From Acidimicrobiales bacterium (GTDB lineage: Bacteria > Actinomycetota > Acidimicrobiia > Acidimicrobiales > AC-14): 64,000 bases of DNA. Positions within the stretch are counted from its first letter, which is position 1. Every line of letters starts with the position of its first letter. A program made the translations under genes and the position numbers. This document shows, in pieces, positions 35,932 to 44,002 of the stretch. Below the pieces are notes generated by a model. That model was not told where the DNA came from, did not search any database, and was given only the letters and a program-made list of their open reading frames with translations. The stretch spans positions 8,644 through 72,643 of the forward strand of contig JBPCJQ010000031.1 in assembly GCA_051005135.1 (NCBI GenBank), read 5' to 3'.

Positions 35932-36758
35932 AGACGTTGCGTTCGCCGTTGGTGATCGTGGGCGGCGCCCTGGTGACCATGCTCGTCGTGGTGGCCGTTG
36001 CGGCCCCGCTGCTGGCGCCCTACGACCCTCGGGCGTTGTCGGGGGCCTCGCTGGTTCGCCCCTCGGCCCACCACCTGCTGGGCACCAACGACATCGGCCA
36101 GGACATCTTCTCGCAGGTGGTCTGGGGGGCGCGATCGTCTCTCACCGTCGCAGTCGGCTCTGCTCTGCTGGCGGTGGGATTGGGAGTGGCAGTGGGCATA
36201 TTGGCGGGCTTGGCCGGAGGATGGGTCGATGCCATCGCCATGCGCATAGTCGATGTCGTGCTGGCCCTCCCGCTGCTGCCTCTTCTGGTGCTCATCGCCG
36301 CCCTGGCCGGGGCACGTCGGTCCAACCTGGTCCTCATCATCGGCCTCACGGGTTGGCCGGCGACGGCCCGCATCATCCGGGCCCAGGCCCTCACACTTCG
36401 CCAGCGAGGTTTCGTCGACGCCTCACGGGGCTTCGGAGCTGGCTTCGGCCATGTGGCGCGCCGTCACCTGCTGCCCGCCCTCGGCCCCCTGATCGTTACC
36501 GGCTTCGTGAGCGTGGCTGCTCACGCCGTGCTCGTCGAAGCGGGCCTCGCCTTCCTGGGCCTGGCCGATCCCACCGGTGTTAGCTGGGGGCTCATCCTCA
36601 ATCGTGCCCTGCTGCACCAAGGGCTGTACTTCACCGCCCTGTGGACCTGGTGGGTGCTGCCTGCGGGCTCGGCGGTGACCTTGGCGGTTCTCGGGTTCAC
36701 CTTCGTGGGCGTGGGCTTGGAGCCTGCGTTCAACCCGCGATGGCGGGCGAACCGGTGA
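35928..36758 (+). CDS. ABC transporter permease (DppC/OppC/NikC type)
   Basis: ATGA overlap. LGTNDIGQDIFS...; 3' part of ORF 35259..36758. Confidence 0.88.
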   Translation: MKTLRSPLVIVGGALVTMLVVVAVAAPLLAPYDPRALSGASLVRPSAHHLLGTNDIGQDIFSQVVWGARSSLTVAVGSALLAVGLGVAVGILAGLAGGWVDAIAMRIVDVVLALPLLPLLVLIAALAGARRSNLVLIIGLTGWPATARIIRAQALTLRQRGFVDASRGFGAGFGHVARRHLLPALGPLIVTGFVSVAAHAVLVEAGLAFLGLADPTGVSWGLILNRALLHQGLYFTALWTWWVLPAGSAVTLAVLGFTFVGVGLEPAFNPRWRANR

Positions 36759-38500
36759 TCCCCCTTCTCGAGGTCACCGACCTGGCGGTCACCTACGCCG
36801 GCGACGTCGAGGCGTTGCGGGGAGTCAGCTTCTCCGTCCAACCGGGGGAGTCATTGGCCGTGGTGGGCGAGAGCGGGTCAGGCAAGACCACGCTGGCCCA
36901 TTGCCTGGCTGGCGTCGTGCAGCCACCCGAGGCCCGGGGCAGCGTACGGGTGCAGGGCGAGGAGCTGCTGGGTGCGACAGCCGAGACCCTGCGGTCGCTG
37001 CGGTGGTCCACAGTGGCCCTGGCCTTGCAGGGCGCGCCCTTCAACCCAGTCGCCACCGTGGGCAATCAGGTGGCCGAACCCCTGCGCGACCGCCTCGGTC
37101 TGTCGGCGGCGGCGGCCGCCGGGCGGGCAGAGGAGCTCGCAAGAGAGGTCTCTCTCGACCCGGCGCTGTTGGGGCGCTATCCCCACGAGCTGTCGGGGGG
37201 CGAACGGAGACGGGCGGCGGTGGCAATGACGCTCGGCCTCGATCCCGCGCTGGTGGTCCTCGACGAGCCGACTGCGGGCCTCGACCCTGTGACGCGGCGG
37301 AGTCTGGTGTGGCGCATCGCCGAGCTGGCACGCCAACACGGCTTCGCGTTGATCGTGATCTCTCATGACCTGCCCGATGCCACCCACATGGCCGAGCGTT
37401 GCCTGGTTCTCTATGCCGGTGAGGCCATGGAGGCCGGCCCCACGTCACAGGTCATGAAAGAACCCGCCCATCCCTATACCTGGGCCCTGATCAACGCCTA
37501 CCCGGTCATGTCTACGACCAAGGAGCTTCGGCCCATCAAGGGCCGCCCCCCCGACCCCCGGGCCGTGCTCAGTGGATGCCCGTTCCGCGCCAGGTGCACC
37601 CAGGCCGACGACGTCTGCGTCGAGCACCCTGCGTTGTCCCCCAGTCGCGGCCGCCTGGTGGCGTGCCACTTCGGCGGCCTCAAGACCCTTCTCGCGGCTA
37701 CCGGTGTGAGCAAGACCTACCGCCGGGGGAACGCAGTGGTGACCGCTCTCGACGGCGTGGACCTGGCCGTTGCCGAGGGTGAGTCGGTCGGCATCGTGGG
37801 ACCTTCAGGGAGCGGGAAGTCCACCCTGGCCAGGATCCTGTGCGGCCATATGGGCGCGGACGCCGGCGAGGTCGTCCTCGAGAGCCGCCCGCTGCCCCGC
37901 TCGTGGCGGCGATCCGACCGGCAGATGCGCCGACGAATCCAGCTGGTCATGCAGGACCCCTGGGAGGCCCTCTCGCCCCGGTTCACCGTCGGCCAGCTCG
38001 TCCGGGAGCCTCTCGACGTCGCCGGCGACGGCTCCTCAGCGGACCATGACCGTGCGGTGGGCGAGATGCTCGACGCCGTCGGCCTTCCCTCTTCAGGTCC
38101 GTTTCTCGGCACCCGCTCCCACGAGCTCTCCGGGGGGCAGCTACAGCGGGTTGCGCTGGCCAGGGCTCTGGTGGGGCAGCCCAAGCTCGTGGTGGCCGAC
38201 GAGCCCACTTCGATGCTCGATGCCTCGGAGCAGGCGCGGCTGCTCGTCACGCTACGCGAGCGCCAGATCGAGATGGGGCTGGGGCTCGTCTTCGTCTCGC
38301 ACGACATGGCGGTGGTTCGCAAGGTGACCGACCGAATCGTCGTCCTGGACGCCGGCCGGGTCGTGGAGGAGGGGCCGTCCCACGACGTGTCCTCCGACCC
38401 CACCAGCGCGGCGGCGCGAGAGTTGTTCGATGCCGCCCCCACGTTCGCCCCAGACCGATCGCCAAGCGATTTTGACCGTGTACCAGAGAGGAGACCTTGA
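36740..38500 (+). CDS. fused double ATP-binding protein (DppD-DppF type)
   Basis: Two Walker A sites (GESGSGKTT, GPSGSGKST), two LSGG signatures, and the Cys-rich oligopeptide C-terminal segment CPFRARC...C. Start is ATG 36740 or GTG 36755 (GTGA overlap). Confidence 0.9.
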   Translation: MAGEPVIPLLEVTDLAVTYAGDVEALRGVSFSVQPGESLAVVGESGSGKTTLAHCLAGVVQPPEARGSVRVQGEELLGATAETLRSLRWSTVALALQGAPFNPVATVGNQVAEPLRDRLGLSAAAAAGRAEELAREVSLDPALLGRYPHELSGGERRRAAVAMTLGLDPALVVLDEPTAGLDPVTRRSLVWRIAELARQHGFALIVISHDLPDATHMAERCLVLYAGEAMEAGPTSQVMKEPAHPYTWALINAYPVMSTTKELRPIKGRPPDPRAVLSGCPFRARCTQADDVCVEHPALSPSRGRLVACHFGGLKTLLAATGVSKTYRRGNAVVTALDGVDLAVAEGESVGIVGPSGSGKSTLARILCGHMGADAGEVVLESRPLPRSWRRSDRQMRRRIQLVMQDPWEALSPRFTVGQLVREPLDVAGDGSSADHDRAVGEMLDAVGLPSSGPFLGTRSHELSGGQLQRVALARALVGQPKLVVADEPTSMLDASEQARLLVTLRERQIEMGLGLVFVSHDMAVVRKVTDRIVVLDAGRVVEEGPSHDVSSDPTSAAARELFDAAPTFAPDRSPSDFDRVPERRP

Positions 38501-40173
38501 TGGAGCCCATGGACCGCAGGACGTTCCTTCGTAGCAGTGTGCTCGCCGCTGGTGCCGTGGCAGTGGCCTCGTGCACGTCATCGTCCAAGACGACATCGTC
38601 GGGCAGCGCCGGGGGGCCGGTTCCCAGGCCGACCCTTCGCCTGCCCGGCGGCGACTTCGGGTTTCCCTCGCCGTTCGCCTACGTGCGAGGCCCGGGCTAC
38701 TGGCGTATGACCTACATCTACGACTCCCTGCTCTGGAAGGACTCCACCGGCCAGCTCATGCCCTGGCTGGCCAGCCGCTACGAGCGCTCGGCCGACGGGC
38801 TCACCTATATGTTCGAGCTGCGCGACAACGTGGCCTGGAACGACGGCCAGCCCCTTACCCCCGACGACGTGGTGTTCACGTTCCAGTACTTCGGGGCCCA
38901 GAAGCTGTCGCCCCAGATCTTCGTTCGTCCCCAAGACGTCGCCGGGGCCACGGCCACGGGGCCACGCACCGTCGAGATCCGCCTGACCCGGCCGGTGGCG
39001 ACCTTCGCCAACTCGGTCGCCGGCGCCCTGCCCATCGTGCCCCGCCACGTGTGGTCCTCGGTCGACGATGCGTCCAAGGCCCAGGACCCCAAGCTGCTGG
39101 TGGGCACCGGCCCCTACCGCCTGGAGTCCTATTCCCGGGGCGAGGGCTCCTACCTGTACACGGCCAACGATGCCTACTTCCTCGGCGCCCCGTTCGTGAG
39201 GCGCATAGAGATGCGCCCCGTTCAGCAAGGCGACGAGCTAACGCCCTTACGGGCCGGTGAGACCGACGCGGGTGGCCCTAGCCCCACGGGGGCGAGCCGG
39301 GACGCCCTGGCCCCCTTCCGGGCTGACCGCAGCTTCGGCATCCTCGAAGGCCCGGGAGACTTCACCATCGGCTTGTACTGGAACCTGGCCAAGGGCGGCG
39401 CCCTCGCCGATGTCCGCTTCCGCCAGGCCTGCGTGCGAGCCATCAACCGCCCCGACATGGTCGACCGCCTGGTCGGGGGCAACGGCAAGCCCGGCAACCC
39501 CGGGTTCCTGCCGCCCACCAACCCCGCCTACGCCCCCGTGGAGCAGTATCCCTTCGACGTGGCCGGTGCCAACCGCCAGCTCGACCAGGCCGGCTACAGC
39601 CGCAGTGGCGGCGGCACGCGCCAGGGCCCCGACGGCCAGCCCTTGCGGTTTGGCCTGGTCGTTGGCAACAGCCCGGTACCTCCCGCCACTGACATTGTGG
39701 TCAATGCCCTCAAGGCGATCGGCGTGGAGCTGACCCCCCAGCCCCTCGACCAGCCCACCCGTGACGCTCGCACCGCCAAGGGCGACTACGAGATGGCCAT
39801 GACCGAGTTCGGGGGGCTGGGTGGCGACGCCGACTACCTGCGCCAGGTGTACTCGTCGAAGGTGCCCAAGCGGTTCCAGAGCGTCTCAGGTTTCGCCAAC
39901 CCCGAGGTGGACGACCTGGCCGACCGCCAGCTGGTTACCCTCGACGACGGCGAGCGCAAGAAGCTGCTGGCCCGCATCCAACAGATCGTGGCCGACCAGG
40001 TGCCCCTGCTGCCGCTCTACTACCCGACCGCCTTCCACGTTTACCGTAAGGCAGTGTTCGACCAGTGGTACTACACGCCCGGCGGTTTTGGCGGCGGCGT
40101 GCCCACCGTTTACAACAAGCAGGCGTTCGTCACCGGACAGAAGACCGGCATCAAGATCCGACCCACCAAATGA
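38500..40173 (+). CDS. family-5 substrate-binding lipoprotein (peptide/nickel type), Tat signal
   Basis: MEPMDRRTFLRSSVLAAGAVAVASC (RR motif plus lipobox). About 555 aa with SBP_bac_5-like layout. TGATG overlap with the ATPase stop. Confidence 0.88.
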   Translation: MEPMDRRTFLRSSVLAAGAVAVASCTSSSKTTSSGSAGGPVPRPTLRLPGGDFGFPSPFAYVRGPGYWRMTYIYDSLLWKDSTGQLMPWLASRYERSADGLTYMFELRDNVAWNDGQPLTPDDVVFTFQYFGAQKLSPQIFVRPQDVAGATATGPRTVEIRLTRPVATFANSVAGALPIVPRHVWSSVDDASKAQDPKLLVGTGPYRLESYSRGEGSYLYTANDAYFLGAPFVRRIEMRPVQQGDELTPLRAGETDAGGPSPTGASRDALAPFRADRSFGILEGPGDFTIGLYWNLAKGGALADVRFRQACVRAINRPDMVDRLVGGNGKPGNPGFLPPTNPAYAPVEQYPFDVAGANRQLDQAGYSRSGGGTRQGPDGQPLRFGLVVGNSPVPPATDIVVNALKAIGVELTPQPLDQPTRDARTAKGDYEMAMTEFGGLGGDADYLRQVYSSKVPKRFQSVSGFANPEVDDLADRQLVTLDDGERKKLLARIQQIVADQVPLLPLYYPTAFHVYRKAVFDQWYYTPGGFGGGVPTVYNKQAFVTGQKTGIKIRPTK

Positions 40174-40195
40174 CCGACCAGATGAGGAGGAAGCG

Positions 40196-40834
40196 ATGAT
40201 CGACCAGGACACGCTCGAGCGGGTGGTGGCCTTCCACGGCCACATGTGCCCAGGATTGGCGATGGGGGTGCGGGCCGCGGAGGTGGCTCTGGAGCAGATC
40301 GGGCCTCACTCCGCTGACGAGGAGGTGGTGGCCGTGGTGGAGACCGACATGTGCGGCGTCGACGCCGTGCAGTTCCTCACTGGATGCACCTTCGGCAAGG
40401 GCAACCTGGTGCACCGCGACTTCGGCAAGAACGCCTATACCTTCATCCGCCGTTCCGACGGCAAGGCGGTGAGGGTCAGCACCCGTCCCGGCGGCTGGGG
40501 GCCGCCGGACCCCGAATGGGAGGCCCTGTTCGCCAAGGTGCGGTCGAAGACGGCGTCGGTCGACGAGCGCCAGCGCTTCGGGGCCCTGCACGAGCAGCGC
40601 TCCGAGAAGGTGCTGGGTGCTCCCATCGATGAGCTCTACGAGGTGCGCGAGATCGAGACCGAGGCACCCAGGCCCGCCCGCATCATGGCGTCGGTCGAGT
40701 GCGAGTCGTGCGGCGAGCCCACCATGGAGACGCGCGTCCGGCGCTTAGACGGGCGGGAGCTGTGCCTGCCCTGCTTCGAAGCGGGGCTGGTCGGCACTGT
40801 TCGGGTGGCCCCGCCAATGGCAACCGGCGGCTAG
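40196..40834 (+). CDS. FmdE-family protein with C-terminal zinc ribbon
   Basis: GAGGAGG RBS. FHGHMCPGLAMG...VETDMCGVDAVQ..TGCT.GKGN...CESCGE...CLPC. 3' part of ORF 39821..40834. Confidence 0.85.
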   Translation: MIDQDTLERVVAFHGHMCPGLAMGVRAAEVALEQIGPHSADEEVVAVVETDMCGVDAVQFLTGCTFGKGNLVHRDFGKNAYTFIRRSDGKAVRVSTRPGGWGPPDPEWEALFAKVRSKTASVDERQRFGALHEQRSEKVLGAPIDELYEVREIETEAPRPARIMASVECESCGEPTMETRVRRLDGRELCLPCFEAGLVGTVRVAPPMATGG

Positions 40835-40991
40835 TAGCGGCGCCGGCGGGTGCCGATGCGCCAACCCGCTTCAGCTACGAGGGCGATCAGGAAGACGACC
40901 AGCAAGAAGATCAACGGTTCACGAACGGTCCTTTGGTTGGCCCACAGGCCCTGGTTGCACTGCGACCGTACCCGGACGGCCGCCCTGGCAC

Positions 40992-41270
40992 TCAGGCGCT
41001 CAGTACCCTCAGCCCGAGCACCAGCACAACGGCCCACAGCGCCACCCATACGCCCACGACAATCAGCACCGCTATCAGGCATCCCGACGGCGCGTCGGCG
41101 ATGCGCTCGGCCAGGGCGCCGCCTCGCCGGTCGGTCCATCCTCCGCTGGTGAACTGGGTTCCGCCACCGCTCGACGGCGATCCCAATGACGTCCCCGACA
41201 CCTGCATGACGACGTAGGCGGCGATCCCGCCGATGGCAGCGACCACGAGGATTACCAGGAGCACGATCAT
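40992..41270 (-). CDS. 92-aa two-TM membrane protein
   Basis: MIVLLVILVVAAIGGIAAYVV...LIAVLIVVGVWVALWAVVLVLGL. ATGA overlap with the PBP stop. Confidence 0.55.
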   Translation of the reverse strand: MIVLLVILVVAAIGGIAAYVVMQVSGTSLGSPSSGGGTQFTSGGWTDRRGGALAERIADAPSGCLIAVLIVVGVWVALWAVVLVLGLRVLSA

Positions 41271-43561
41271 GGCGTCGGGATCCTGAGAGTCGTCGTGGAC
41301 GTAGCCGTGGTTGTGGGTGTGGTGGACGGCTCGCTGTAGGGCGGGACACTCAGGGGCGGGACCAGAGACGGGGCGCTGTCGGGTGGCACGGTGCCCTGCG
41401 GGGCCGTGTACAACGGCCCTGGTCCCGAGCCGCCGGATCCGCCGGATCCGCCGGATCCGATGGTGGTCGACGGTTGTTGGCCGGGGGCGAGCGGCAGGAC
41501 GCCGGGAGCGGGGAAGGGGATATCGGGGCTATTGCCCAGCGCCTGGCTCATGTACGCCTTCCAGGTCAGTGCGGGCAGCGTCCCCCCGAACACCTTGGCA
41601 ACCCCCTTGATGTTGACGAGTGCCTGCTGACCGGTGGTGTAGCCCATCCAGACCGAAGTAGCCAGCGTCTGGGTGTAGCCCACGAACCAGGCGTCGTGGT
41701 AGTTCTCGGCCGTGCCCGTCTTACCGGCGCTGCCCTGCGGGCGCCCGATGTCGGCCTGGGTGCCGGTGCCCCCGGTGATGACGCCCTTGAGCAGGTCGTT
41801 GACCGTGTCGGCGATGACCTCGCTGATCACCCGACGGGGTCGTCGACTGGTGTTGTCCTCCAGGACCTTGCCGCTGGCGTCGGTGACCTTGGTGACCGGC
41901 GTCGGCGGCATCTGCTGGCCTCGGTTGGCGAACACGCTGTAGGCGCCAGCCATGTCGAGGGGGGAGACCTCGGCCGCCCCCAGGGTGAGGCTGGGCCCGT
42001 AGGGCTGGCCGTCGGGGCCCTTGCCATCGGGGCTGACCATGGTGATGCCCAGGCGGTGGGCCATCTCGGCGGTCTCCTTGACTCCGACGTCGAGGATGAG
42101 CTGGGCGAAAACGGTGTTTACCGACTCGGCGGTGGCGGCGCGCAGCGGCAGTGCACCGAACCCCGCGGGCTCGGCGTTGCCGATGGTGCACCCACTGGTG
42201 GCGCTGTAGCTCACGCAGTGGGGGATGGTGTAGGACGCCGGGGCGTTGTACACTCGGTCCGGGCTGATGCCCTCCTCGAACGCCTTGGCCAGGGTGTAGG
42301 GCTTGAACGACGAGCCGGGCTGGCGGCCGGTGCCGCCGCCGTCGACGCAGATGGGCCCGCCCGGGTCGGGCTTGGGGGCCTTGGCGCAGTTGCCCAGGGC
42401 CAGGTTGACCTGCGACTTGGTGAAGTCGCGCCCGCCCACCAGGGCCTTGACGAAGCCCGTGCGGGGGTCGAGGGAAACCATCGCCATCTCCAGCGGCGGG
42501 TTGGTGCCCGACAGCGTGGAGCCCACTGACGCCTCGGCCAGGCCCTGCAACCGGGGGTCGATGGTGGTCTCCACCTTGAGGCCGCCCCGGTACACCATGT
42601 CCTCGCCGTACTTGGCGATGAGATAGCGGCGGACGTAGTCGACGAAGTACGGGAACTGCGACTGGACGTCGGAGGGCGGGTAGACGAGGGTAGCCGAAGT
42701 GGTGGGCTTGGGGTCTTCGGTGGCCAGCACCAACCGCTGGCTCAGAGCGCTCTCGTAGTCGCCAGAGGTGATCCGCTTCTGGTCGAGCATGGCCTTGAGC
42801 ACCGTCTCGCGCCGGGTCTCGGCCCCCGAGGTGTTGCCTCGGGGCTCGTCGCCGGACGGCGACTGGATGAGGCCGGCGAGGGTTGCCGCCTCTGACAGGG
42901 TGAGCTGGCTCACCGGCTTGCGGAAGTAGGTCTCCGCCGCCGCCCCCACGCCATAGGCACCGCTCCCGAGATAGATGTCGGACAGATAGCGGTAGAGGAT
43001 CTCGTCCTTGGAGACCTGGTGGTCGACCCGGCCCGCCAGCACAGCCTCCCGGATCTTGCGGGAGAGGGTGCGCTTCGACCCCGTATAGATGCGCTTGACG
43101 TACTGCTGGGTGATGGTGGACCCACCCTGTTGGTACCCGCCGCCCTGCAGGTCGGCCCACATGGCCCGGATGACGGCCTGCAGGTCAATGCCCTTGTGGG
43201 AGTAGAAGCGCTTGTCCTCGACCGACACGACGGCGTCCTTGAGCACCTGGGGAAGGTCGGCGCGGGTGACCGGGATACGGGTCTCGAAGCGATGCAGGGC
43301 GGCGAGCTGTCTGCCGGAGCTGTCGTAGATGCGGGTGATCTGGGAGTCGATGCCCGGCTCGGGCTTGGGGAGGTCGCCTCCGGGCGGATTGTACAGCGTC
43401 TCCAGCAGGACGCCCGTGGTGAGCAGAGGCATGATCAGGGCGATCACCAGCGCACCGATGGTTGCCCACCACAATGGGCCCGGGGCGCCGCGTTCGGTGA
43501 CGCCCCACCCGCCGGGGGGGCGGGCAGGCGGGTACGGCGCCTGGCGGGCGGTTACTGCCAT
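41267..43561 (-). CDS. class A penicillin-binding protein (second copy)
   Basis: EDKRFYSHKGIDL...GGSTITQQ; SSFKPY; KTGTAE. N-terminal TM, with a Gly/Ser- and Pro-rich tail. Confidence 0.93.
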   Translation of the reverse strand: MAVTARQAPYPPARPPGGWGVTERGAPGPLWWATIGALVIALIMPLLTTGVLLETLYNPPGGDLPKPEPGIDSQITRIYDSSGRQLAALHRFETRIPVTRADLPQVLKDAVVSVEDKRFYSHKGIDLQAVIRAMWADLQGGGYQQGGSTITQQYVKRIYTGSKRTLSRKIREAVLAGRVDHQVSKDEILYRYLSDIYLGSGAYGVGAAAETYFRKPVSQLTLSEAATLAGLIQSPSGDEPRGNTSGAETRRETVLKAMLDQKRITSGDYESALSQRLVLATEDPKPTTSATLVYPPSDVQSQFPYFVDYVRRYLIAKYGEDMVYRGGLKVETTIDPRLQGLAEASVGSTLSGTNPPLEMAMVSLDPRTGFVKALVGGRDFTKSQVNLALGNCAKAPKPDPGGPICVDGGGTGRQPGSSFKPYTLAKAFEEGISPDRVYNAPASYTIPHCVSYSATSGCTIGNAEPAGFGALPLRAATAESVNTVFAQLILDVGVKETAEMAHRLGITMVSPDGKGPDGQPYGPSLTLGAAEVSPLDMAGAYSVFANRGQQMPPTPVTKVTDASGKVLEDNTSRRPRRVISEVIADTVNDLLKGVITGGTGTQADIGRPQGSAGKTGTAENYHDAWFVGYTQTLATSVWMGYTTGQQALVNIKGVAKVFGGTLPALTWKAYMSQALGNSPDIPFPAPGVLPLAPGQQPSTTIGSGGSGGSGGSGPGPLYTAPQGTVPPDSAPSLVPPLSVPPYSEPSTTPTTTATSTTTLRIPTP
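41432..41458. repeat. 9-bp tandem repeat x3 (GCCGGATCC)
   Basis: Three perfect copies. Encodes GSGGSGGSG in the PBP C-terminal linker. Confidence 0.9.
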
Positions 43562-43681
43562 GGCGTCAGCGTTCCCTCTCCGACCTCACCTCGCACCAAC
43601 CATAGCTTTGCCGTGCCGGCACAAGATTGGCAGCGGCCACCGGCGGGTAGGAAACCGGCTGACTGACGGAAGGAGACTCTC

Positions 43682-44002
43682 ATGAGCGACAGCCATCCCA
43701 ACGCCGAGACCCCGGACAGGTTCAGCGACCCGAACAAGGTCGTAGGCGTGAGCGACAAGGACACCCACCGGGCCGGGCCGGATGAGGGCGTGCGGGCTCC
43801 CTTGGCCAAAGAGGGCGCCGACCATCCGGAGTTCTCCGTGTTCGACGGCGCGGGCAACGAGACGGTGGTGGCGGTCACCGCCAACGACGAGGGCAAGATC
43901 GTCCAGTCCACCGGTGCCACCTCCGAGGAGGCCCTGAAGGCTGCCGGCAACCAGGACGAGCGCCTGGGCAAGGGCTTCGGCCCCGTCGACGACCACCGCT
44001 AG
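43682..44002 (+). CDS. 106-aa acidic hypothetical protein (FDG.G..TV.....D..GKIV motif)
   Basis: GGAAGGAG RBS. Shares a motif with the 26738..26932 product. Confidence 0.65.
   Translation: MSDSHPNAETPDRFSDPNKVVGVSDKDTHRAGPDEGVRAPLAKEGADHPEFSVFDGAGNETVVAVTANDEGKIVQSTGATSEEALKAAGNQDERLGKGFGPVDDHR

Noticed and set aside
40831-40991. Small minus-strand TM peptide (...PLIFLLVVFLIALVAEAGWRIGTRRRRY*) downstream of the 92-aa membrane protein.
   Set aside because: There is no usable start codon with an RBS; only an internal TTG giving about 27 aa. It cannot be supported from the sequence alone.
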